Shown here: one piece after another, positions 56,487-64,000 of the stretch
Numbering within the stretch: the first letter of the stretch is position 1
How the letters are laid out: every line of letters begins with the position of its first letter
Translations under genes and position numbers: made by a program
IMG/VR virus record: IMGVR_UViG_3300036845_000456
Span: 1 to 64,000 of that record
Origin: a virus
DNA: 64,000 nt
Direction: 5' to 3' (one strand)
Notes under the pieces: model-generated
The model's database searches: none
Seen by the model: only the letters and a program-made list of their open reading frames with translations
Told to the model about the DNA's origin: nothing

Positions 56487-56671
56487 TACACAAACAAGAA
56501 GCTGAGTTGCTGGTAGCAACTATCGCCAAGCTTTCTAACGTAATTGTGCCTGTGGAAGCGGCGTTGGAAGCGATGTACGCCGTCGAACTCGCACGGTATG
56601 ACCGGACAAAGAATCGGGGTGTGCATTATAAACCGCAAAGGTCATCTGCAACCTTAGAAGCCGCAGAATGA
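56483..56671 (+). CDS. Hypothetical protein coupled to the RAMP gene
   Basis: ATGA overlap with the RAMP stop. Confidence 0.5.
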   Translation: MIHKQEAELLVATIAKLSNVIVPVEAALEAMYAVELARYDRTKNRGVHYKPQRSSATLEAAE

Positions 56672-56674
56672 ACC

Positions 56675-56947
56675 ATGCCCATGAACTTTGAAGTCCAGCG
56701 GCGCCAGTGCAAAACCTGCATCTTCCGAGCAAAGCACTGGCCGCCCGGTTTCCTTGAAGCCAAGCTCGATGACATCAGGGACCCGGCCATGGCTGGGTTT
56801 TTTCTGGGCTACAGAATATGCCACCACAGCAAGGCCGCATGCTGCGCCGGATTTTGGGCCCGGCACAAAGACGACTTCACGTTCGGGCAGATAGCGCAGC
56901 GCCTTGGCTTGGTGGAATACGTGGACGACGATCAGCTTGACGGTTGA
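56675..56947 (+). CDS. Small Cys/His-rich protein
   Basis: CKTCIF, ICHH, CCAGF motifs. Confidence 0.6.
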   Translation: MPMNFEVQRRQCKTCIFRAKHWPPGFLEAKLDDIRDPAMAGFFLGYRICHHSKAACCAGFWARHKDDFTFGQIAQRLGLVEYVDDDQLDG

Positions 56948-56991
56948 AACGCTGCGTCGCTAAGATCAACCGTCGAGTTTGGTAGGCTCGC

Positions 56992-57040
56992 AAAAGCTGG
57001 CGGCGTCCGTCGTGGTGTTCGGACGTTCGCCAGCTTTTTT
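56992..57040 (+). terminator. Intrinsic terminator of the RAMP operon (possibly bidirectional)
   Basis: aaaagctggcg.cgtccg ... cggacg.tcgccagctttttt. Confidence 0.8.
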
Positions 57041-57425
57041 AATGCCCCGATCGCACTGGACCGAATCAGCATCGAATCAGGAACGAATCGGTCGCTGGCC
57101 TAAAGTCTGGCAAGTTATGGATTAGCTTTCGGGGAAGTGCCGCCGTCGGCAATGGAAGTCCGGGCTTCGCGCCTACATTGGCCGGCGGCGGCGATCTCGG
57201 CACCTTGCCGTTGGGCGTCAAGCGCCTACTGGCCGAGATCATGGCGTTCGGGTAAAGGACCGCCGCCATCGCTGTTTTGAGGCGACGGTCCTTCCCCTCT
57301 GGCGCCCCTGGCGCGGGCTCATCGAAAGTGCGCCGGGGCTAACCTGTCAACGGAAAGTAGACACCTTTGCGGGAGACTGTCAACCGGACGGAGACAGCTT
57401 CCGAGAATTGGTGCCTCGGTGGTCA

Positions 57426-58100
57426 TCATGCGGCGGGCAGCAATTGCAGCGCCCGCTGGTACTGAGAGTCTAGCTCTTTGTTGGCCGCCGCGTCGGCGAG
57501 GACCATCTTGCGCAGCAGCGGCATTCCGCTATCGATCGACTCCAACACTTCGGCCCGCGTCGCCGGCCGCCCTTCTCGATAGTAATCGATCCGCTTGGGC
57601 TCACCGAGCCGGATCAGAAAGCCTGCCTTGCCTTGGCCGACCGGGAACGCGGAATAAGTCAGCGTGATGTAGATCGCGCAGGCGCCGGGATTGCGGTCGA
57701 GATGTTCGCCGGGCGGGGCGATGACCTCGCCGCTTTCCAGCATCTCGGCGATGCCCTTGGCGTTGCGGCGCATGCGCGGCTGGCTCAGAAACGGGCACGC
57801 CTTGACGCCATATTCTGCGCATTCCAGATGCGATGGCGGTTCCGACGTGACGCGGTTAACCACGCACATCGGCCCGATCACGAAAGCCAAATGCCGTCCG
57901 AGCGTTTGCCCGCACAGCCAGCATAGTTTCTGATGCACCGCGCGCTTGTACTTGCGCATATCAGCGGCGCGAAAATCATAGCTGCCGTCGTCGCCGCGCG
58001 TCACAAACCACGGCACGACATAGCCGTTCTCGGCGATCGGCAGATGCCGCATGCGGCGCGGGATCGGGATGGCAAGGCTGCGTTCATTCAGTTGGTTCAT
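57426..58100 (-). CDS. Phage hypothetical protein with Zn-finger-like motifs
   Basis: GYVVPWFV, LCWLCG, FVIGPMC, EPPSH.ECAEY...ACPFL. Confidence 0.7.
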   Translation of the reverse strand: MNQLNERSLAIPIPRRMRHLPIAENGYVVPWFVTRGDDGSYDFRAADMRKYKRAVHQKLCWLCGQTLGRHLAFVIGPMCVVNRVTSEPPSHLECAEYGVKACPFLSQPRMRRNAKGIAEMLESGEVIAPPGEHLDRNPGACAIYITLTYSAFPVGQGKAGFLIRLGEPKRIDYYREGRPATRAEVLESIDSGMPLLRKMVLADAAANKELDSQYQRALQLLPAA

Positions 58101-58197
58101 CGGGTTGCCCTTTAGTTTTGGAAGTTTGATTGTTCCCATATCGAGTTTTTTCATCAGTTCGACCGCCATCTCAGCTTCTACAAGCGGAATGCGTCGA

Positions 58198-58572
58198 TCA
58201 CTGATGCGCAGTTCCCAAAGATGCCGTTCCCTTTTCATCATCAGGCTCTGCACTCTCTAATCGCCGCAACGTCTCAGCGATGATCTCATGCCCGATCTTC
58301 GCGTCATCCCAAGTGGCAAAGTTCCAGCGACAGCCCCCGTATTCGCCGCCAAAAACTTCGGTTTCGAATAGCAGCGGCGGTCCGTCGCTCGGCACAAGAT
58401 CGAGCCCGGTGAAAATCGTGCTGACGCTGATGCCGTCAGCGATCCGCGTCAGCCCAACCCGGCGATTGCCGATGTCCTGATACCACGCGAACCATTTGTC
58501 ATCATTCACGCACGGCACCGGCCGATGCTCGGCATCGAGCCAGTAGGTGAACTGATCCATCACGCCATTCAT
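58198..58572 (-). CDS. Phage hypothetical protein
   Basis: VSTIFTGLD...PLLFET.VFGG...TW.DA..GH. Confidence 0.65.
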   Translation of the reverse strand: MNGVMDQFTYWLDAEHRPVPCVNDDKWFAWYQDIGNRRVGLTRIADGISVSTIFTGLDLVPSDGPPLLFETEVFGGEYGGCRWNFATWDDAKIGHEIIAETLRRLESAEPDDEKGTASLGTAHQ

Positions 58573-58955
58573 GCTAATTTCCTCAATCTTGCTCCGTGTT
58601 TGGCGAGAACGGCCTGGATGCGCGCGATGACTTGGTCGCCGACGCCGGGCGCGGCGCGCAATTCGGCTTCGCTGAGCATCAGCAAGTCGCGAATGAACGT
58701 CAACGGCCGTGGCTCTGCTTGGTGCTTCTCAAACTTATTCCAACTGTTGAACGCGTTCATCAGCCGCTTCTGATAATCGAGCCCCCAATCGACGGCTTCC
58801 AGCGGGACTTCAAGGAACGCTAAATCCAATTCGACCGTCTTGCCATCGGACGCGTCGGTTGGCGTGAGTCGCAATGCGGTTTGCAGCAATTGCAGCGCTT
58901 CAGATATTTTCTGCGTCGCTTCCAGAACCATCATGATCGGCGAATTCTCAGTCAT
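58569..58955 (-). CDS. Protein with RNA polymerase alpha-CTD-like domain
   Basis: RLMNAF...FIRDLLMLSEAELRAAPGVGDQVIARIQAVLAKHG resembles RpoA R..NCL...I.DL....E.ELL..PN.G.KSL.EI...L...G. Confidence 0.6.
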   Translation of the reverse strand: MTENSPIMMVLEATQKISEALQLLQTALRLTPTDASDGKTVELDLAFLEVPLEAVDWGLDYQKRLMNAFNSWNKFEKHQAEPRPLTFIRDLLMLSEAELRAAPGVGDQVIARIQAVLAKHGARLRKLA

Positions 58956-59237
58956 CCGAGAACCCCTAATCGTCGGCTACGCGGCGGTGGATTGCCGAAT
59001 CTGGTCAGCAGTCGCTGCATGAGCGCGAGATAGGTCCCGGCCAGTTGCTCGGCTGCGGCGTCCATCGTCGGTTCTTCGGACAGAATAGCATATAGTTGGT
59101 CCGTTAGTTCCTGGAGTCGTTCTTCTTTCGATTGCATTTGAGTCCCCCGTTTGTGAGCACCGCCGCCGGACCAGGGTAGCGTGGAAGTCCGGCGGCGGCG
59201 AGCCTCGCGATCTTAAGGCCCCTTAAGGCCGCGCGGC

Positions 59238-59582
59238 TTAGGCTTCGCCGCTCTCGGCGGCGCGCAGTTCGTCGGCGGCGCGCTGAATCGCCGACGCGAT
59301 TTCTGAGCCGCTGATCTTTTCGCTGCCGGTGATGTTCTTCGCCACCGTGGCACCGAGCTTTTCGGCGTCGTCCCACACCAAACGTTTCAGGCTATCAGCA
59401 ATCATTTTTAGATCGCTGCTGCCTTTGTTTGTCAGGAACGAGCTACGCATGTGCGGCGGCTTGAATTGTTCCGGCGGCGATGGCGCTGGCGCCGACTCGG
59501 CGCGCATGTCGTCGGAAAGTTTCTGTAGATTGACCGGCGCTGGGCGCGGCGGTTCGCGGTGCTGTGCAGATTGGTCAGTCAT
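59238..59582 (-). CDS. Hypothetical protein
   Basis: RBS ggagga; part of the leftward operon. Confidence 0.55.
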   Translation of the reverse strand: MTDQSAQHREPPRPAPVNLQKLSDDMRAESAPAPSPPEQFKPPHMRSSFLTNKGSSDLKMIADSLKRLVWDDAEKLGATVAKNITGSEKISGSEIASAIQRAADELRAAESGEA

Positions 59583-59585
59583 CGT

Positions 59586-59894
59586 CTACTTCCTCCGTGG
59601 TGTTGAACTCTGGGTGGACTTGGCGACTTCGGATTGGTGAGCTTTCAGATGCTTCATCACGCGATGCGCGTGTTGCAGTTTGCGAATGCGCGGATCGGCG
59701 GCGGCCTCGCGCTTTTCGTCTTCGGTCAACGCGCGCGGCGTTAGTGTTTCATCAAATGCCAGCATCTCGCCGCAGTCGATGCACATCGTCCAATCGCCCA
59801 CGCGGGGGCTTGCGTCGCCGACCGCGTTGGTGGTGGCAGTGAACGCTAAACCGCACGCGGGACAGTTGGATTCCAGCATTCTGCGAGTTGCCAT
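59586..59894 (-). CDS. Zn-ribbon protein
   Basis: CPACG...P..GD...CIDCG. Confidence 0.6.
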   Translation of the reverse strand: MATRRMLESNCPACGLAFTATTNAVGDASPRVGDWTMCIDCGEMLAFDETLTPRALTEDEKREAAADPRIRKLQHAHRVMKHLKAHQSEVAKSTQSSTPRRK

Positions 59895-60182
59895 TTCAGT
59901 CCTCGCGTTTTTTTAATTTGTCCGCGCAAAGGGGCATCATCGTCTGTCACCGTTCCTGTTGGTCAGGTACGAGCACTAGTTGCTCGCCGTTGAAGATATG
60001 AATCAGTCCATCGTCATTCTCGACGGCGTACCGAGGACTGCCGCTGCGCTTGGAAAAGGCGGCCAGCACCACACCAGCAAACGAATAATCCCCGCCGCGC
60101 TTGGCTACCCGGTCCCCCTCGTGGAAGAAAAACGGGATCGCGTTAGCGGCCCTATATTTTGGATCTCTGGTTACGTCACGCA

Positions 60183-60491
60183 TTACGTAGTCTTGCCTAA
60201 TCTGACTAGCGTTTCGATGGCACACTGCTCTGGTGATTTGCCTTCGATCACAGCGTGTAGTCGGCGTAGCGCGCGCTGAAGATAGTCTTCGGTAATCGTC
60301 ACAGGAACAAACCACAAGCCGTCGTCATTGGCTTGGTCATCAACCACAGCTTTGATCGCAGCCTCGTCCATCTGTCCGCGCAGGGCAGCTTCAGCTAGGC
60401 GAATGGCTTCCGGGAGCGCTGGCCAGCCAGCATTCGGATAAATATCTCTGTACTCTTTGACCAGAGCCCTTGCAGCGCGCTCTATATCCAC
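60183..60491 (-). CDS. Hypothetical protein
   Basis: RBS gaaagga; VDDQANDDGLWF...TE.YLQ.ALRRLH.VIE. Confidence 0.55.
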   Translation of the reverse strand: MDIERAARALVKEYRDIYPNAGWPALPEAIRLAEAALRGQMDEAAIKAVVDDQANDDGLWFVPVTITEDYLQRALRRLHAVIEGKSPEQCAIETLVRLGKTT

Positions 60492-62042
60492 GGGACTATT
60501 CCTTTCTCGGAACTTAGAGGCGACCTAACCGGGCGGTTCATTCTCTCGTACTAGTTTGGCTATCAGAGAGCCTTGCCGACCAAACCCCGACCCTGCTTGC
60601 ATGGGTGGCAGATGCCGATAGATCGCTTCTAAGTTCCTACTGGCGTTTCTCACTCTGTTGGCTTTGGAGAATATTCACTGACAGCCCTTACAATAAAATC
60701 TCGTTCCTCGACCGTGATGTAGTTCGGTAACTCAACGATCCTCAATCCGCCGCCCATGTCTCGCACTTGCGGTTCGAAGAATTTGGCAATGATCGCGTGA
60801 CGTAGTTTCTCAGGTTGTTCCACGGGCTTCTTTCACAGTGTTGGTGGGGCGGGCCGCCGAGCCGGGCTCGGACTCCGAAGGCTATCGACCGCCCCTGCTA
60901 AGTGCCCCATATCCAGGGGCGGGAATTTCGTCGGGACTATTCCTTTCCCGCAAGGACTGATTGAGCGTACTCGATTGCGTTGCGCTTGGCAGTCCATTGC
61001 AGACATCCAGGCTTCAGCGACCAGTTTGCCTCATTCGCAAAATCTTGGATCACACGCCGATATCGCTCTTTTTCTCCTACAAGCTGATCATAGACTTGAC
61101 GAAGGCGCTCATTCTCGCGCTCAAGCCTATCGATGCCCCATTCGTCCAGCCTGGAAACCGTCACCGCTGTCTCCTGTCCTACGCGAAAAGTTGGCTTTGG
61201 AGGTCGATATACTCGCTTTCGGTGGCCCACACCTGCCAGACTTTACCGGCGCTATTAGCACGGACACGGAATCCGCTACGCTCAGCAACCCCAGCAAGTC
61301 TCTTTGGGACGGTGCGCCATTCCAGGGCGTCCTCTCGGCGAACTGCAAAGGGCGATTTGTTCATAACCGGTGTCCGATATGTCCTATCCTAGCCCTTCGA
61401 GTCGGTTATGGTTGTCGGAGCGGCGCCGCACCCGACAGGCGTTCCAGAAATTTCGTTCTCCGTGGACACCGCGTGCAAATCCTTCGATGAAGGCGACCCT
61501 TTGAGCTTTCGCGACAGCGGTATCGTCGGGGTATTCGTAACAAGCTATTTCAGAGGCCATGAGGCGAATCCAGCCATCATCTTCGTCTAGATTGACAGGG
61601 CGAAATTCGCCAGTGAGTACGTTCATGTATCCGATCAAACGTTTCATAGGTGTCTCACGCCCTGTCATTTCTTAGTTTTGCGGTGCTTTAGCGTTGCGGT
61701 CGATATCCGCAAGCACCCGCAAGGCATTTGCCGCATTACATGCCGCCTGCGCGAAGTTCACAGCCTCAGGGGCTGCCGCCGCGCTTGCAGCTTTTTCCAA
61801 CAACGTCTCAACCACTTTCGAGTCCATCGGGTTCTAGCTCCGACTTCATGGGGGCCGACGACTTAAGTCCGGTGCATCGGCGAAACCGGTGTCCGATATG
61901 TCCTAACTGCGACATCTGTATGGGTGAGCCGCCAGACAAACCAGGGTTACCCAAGGCTCCCGCCCAACCGTGCACGCGCAGCACCCACGCCCCGGGCGCG
62001 TTGGCTGGCGAGCGATAGATCGCCCACACGGTGGCAACAAGT

Positions 62043-62300
62043 TCAGTCACGATATTTTTCCACTTCCTTTCGTTGCTCGTCGGTCAGGCCGCCAAACTCG
62101 ATTTTTTTGCCTGCGGCCTGGGCGGCGCGGATTTCTGTTTCGCAGCATTGCATGCAGAGGATTAAATCGGCTTCCGGCGACGACAGCGCGCGCCACACCG
62201 GCTTGCCGCACTCGCCGCAGCTATCCACGCTGCTGGTCACGGGCGGATCGATATCGGCCACGCGACAGCAAACGAGCACGGTTTGGTCTTCGGCCTTCAT
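62043..62300 (-). CDS. Small Zn-binding protein
   Basis: CGECG...CMQC. Confidence 0.55.
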   Translation of the reverse strand: MKAEDQTVLVCCRVADIDPPVTSSVDSCGECGKPVWRALSSPEADLILCMQCCETEIRAAQAAGKKIEFGGLTDEQRKEVEKYRD

Positions 62301-62563
62301 GCCGTCACCTTCTCGCGGTCCTTGCATGGCAGCTTGATCGAGCGCGGATCATCCTGGCGCCCGGCAACCGTGATCATCGCTTTGAACCCGCATCTGTTAC
62401 ACTCAACAACATAGTAGCCGCAGCGCGGCGCGGGATACGGCACGTTCTCTTTGCAGCCCTTGTTCCCGTGCGTGAGATCAAGATCAATGCCGCGCGGATA
62501 CGCCGGGTCCGGTTGCTGCGTGGGCGATACGCCGCGATCGATGAAGTTGACGCGGAAGCTCAT
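62297..62563 (-). CDS. Small Cys-rich protein
   Basis: PYPAPRCG...VEC..CG...T.AGR.DDPRS...PC; ATGA coupling. Confidence 0.6.
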   Translation of the reverse strand: MSFRVNFIDRGVSPTQQPDPAYPRGIDLDLTHGNKGCKENVPYPAPRCGYYVVECNRCGFKAMITVAGRQDDPRSIKLPCKDREKVTA

Positions 62564-62832
62564 GCCGTGCCCTTCAGTTCCGGTTGCCCCTCGAAGCGCG
62601 CAAGCTGTTCCTTGAGCAAGATGATAATGTCGTCGCGGTTGGCGTTGCTGATGTAGTTGGCGCGGCCGCCGAAGTCTGCGAACGGGAATATCATCAGGCA
62701 AAATCCGGTCTTGCGATCATCGCCCGTGGCGCCGTCGTTCAAAACTGAATCGAGGACACGCGCGAGCCGTTGCATCTGGTCGCGATATTTCTGCTCAATC
62801 GGCTGGTCGCCGAGTGTGTGATCTTCGGGCAT
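62560..62832 (-). CDS. Hypothetical protein
   Basis: GFCLMIFPF...RANYISNA.R.D....LKE..ARFEG. Confidence 0.65.
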   Translation of the reverse strand: MPEDHTLGDQPIEQKYRDQMQRLARVLDSVLNDGATGDDRKTGFCLMIFPFADFGGRANYISNANRDDIIILLKEQLARFEGQPELKGTA

Positions 62833-63100
62833 CTTGTTCCTTCTCGTTGATCGCGATCAGCGGGTGCATGCACTCAAGATGCATTTGCAGCATTGCTTCG
62901 CGGAACTCGGTGGTCGCTTTGGGATTGTCAAGAACTCTAAAGCCGGCGAGCCAAGTCGCCAGCAAGTCGGCGAGCGCGCCGCCAACGATATCTGGCTCGC
63001 GACCAGCAAAGAGCGGGCGAATCTGCTCCACCAGCGCCACGATTTCCAGCACGTCGGGATTTGTCAGGCTTGTCAGCGGCGTGTCAGAGCCAGACTTCAT
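62795..63100 (-). CDS. Hypothetical protein
   Basis: Packed in the leftward operon. Confidence 0.55.
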   Translation of the reverse strand: MKSGSDTPLTSLTNPDVLEIVALVEQIRPLFAGREPDIVGGALADLLATWLAGFRVLDNPKATTEFREAMLQMHLECMHPLIAINEKEQDARRSHTRRPAD

Positions 63101-63314
63101 AAATCACCGGATCATCATCGGGGTGGCGCGTCAGCATCGCCAAGCCGGGCGGCACATGTTTGCGCGCCTGCTCCAACGTTTCGCAGATAAAGCCATTCGC
63201 GTGCGGCCGGACCACGCGGCCGGGCAATGCGTCCTGCCCGCGCAGCACCCATTTGCCCGGGAAATCGCGCGGGTTTTGATAGATCACCCATATGGTCAGC
63301 AAGTCGTCGGTCAT
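63084..63314 (-). CDS. Hypothetical protein
   Basis: WVIYQNPRDFPGKWVLR...LE.AR..VP.GL....R...DDP.I.EVW; RBS gaagga. Confidence 0.65.
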   Translation of the reverse strand: MTDDLLTIWVIYQNPRDFPGKWVLRGQDALPGRVVRPHANGFICETLEQARKHVPPGLAMLTRHPDDDPVIYEVWL

Positions 63315-63322
63315 GGTGTCCT

Positions 63323-63772
63323 TCACTGAATCTCGAACGTATCGACACCAATTTCGTCCTGCATGGCCTCGCGCAGTTTCGGCATCAGAGCCCACGGGCC
63401 GAGATTTTTGCAGGCTGGACAGAACGCGGCCACTGCGCCTTCCGTTGCCTCGCCCGTCTTGGCTGTCGGAGAGATGATGGCGATCCCGCCAAGCCCATCC
63501 CCGCCGTCCTCGATCGTCGTCAGGGCCCGCCCGCATTGGAAGCAAGCCGGGCGCACGTTCTGTTTGGCCGCCTGATCGATATTTCTAGCCCAATTCGCGA
63601 ATATGATGACAGATTTCCGCGCGTCTTCGTCGCCGCCCTCCGCAGCCTCCATCATGGCATCGAGGTGATCGACCGGAATCATCTCGACGGTGCATACTGC
63701 CGCGCCATCGTTTGCAGCAATCGCCTCGCGGAAACAGTCAAACCAATCTTCGCCAAGTGGATTGTTGCTCAT
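63323..63772 (-). CDS. Zn-binding hypothetical protein
   Basis: CFQC...CPAC; RBS aagaggg. Confidence 0.55.
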   Translation of the reverse strand: MSNNPLGEDWFDCFREAIAANDGAAVCTVEMIPVDHLDAMMEAAEGGDEDARKSVIIFANWARNIDQAAKQNVRPACFQCGRALTTIEDGGDGLGGIAIISPTAKTGEATEGAVAAFCPACKNLGPWALMPKLREAMQDEIGVDTFEIQ

Positions 63773-64000
63773 GCCAATGCCCTCTTGCGTTCTTCCTCGA
63801 TCGCCGTACGCAGGATCGTGACCATGCTTTCGTGTAGGCTGGGATGATCGTGCGCCGCCAGCTTGGCCGCCGTCACCAGCAAAGCTGGGATCGCGTCCGT
63901 GGAATCAGTGCCGTTGGTTTGCAGCCAATCCAGCAATTGCTGGGTGACGCGTTCGGCAGACGTGAGACTCGGCATCAAGACTTTCCTTTGCGGTGAACAA

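Noticed and set aside
1-64000. Terminase, integrase/att sites, Mu transposase, DNA polymerase, tRNA genes
   Set aside because: No supporting motifs seen; the Mu similarity is limited to tail and baseplate genes, so lifestyle cannot be called from this window.

Overview
GC-rich tailed-phage (or prophage) genome segment; host probably an alphaproteobacterium (inferred from promoter consensus and gene content). Positions ~1-42.6 kb are a rightward late region. It holds modular collagen/fibre genes, a multidomain (ART-like/GNAT-like) protein, an HK97-type protease-capsid fusion, portal, a second capsid paralogue, and a Mu-like contractile tail and baseplate with two tandem tape-measure paralogues, followed by fibres, an amidase endolysin and a putative holin. 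Positions ~42.6-52.4 kb are a leftward accessory operon (AAA ATPase, metallopeptidase/VWA and partner) punctuated by covarying hairpins with a constant CTCCAA loop. A rightward operon occupies ~52.5-57 kb and a leftward small-gene operon ~57.4-64 kb. No terminase, integrase, polymerase, tRNA or canonical CRISPR array was recognised. The standout is a solitary RAMP/Cas7-like gene (55830-56486) directly preceded by an array of 6-nt units with a near-constant CGYC core and a variable, AT-rich NN dinucleotide. The same-strand CGYC-NN code recurs at 54888-55103, 49505-49894 (antisense inside a gene) and 513-560 (intergenic). This is a candidate RNA-guided or RNA-binding system with a Cas7-sized 6-nt period. 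All product calls come from motif recognition by eye, not database searches.
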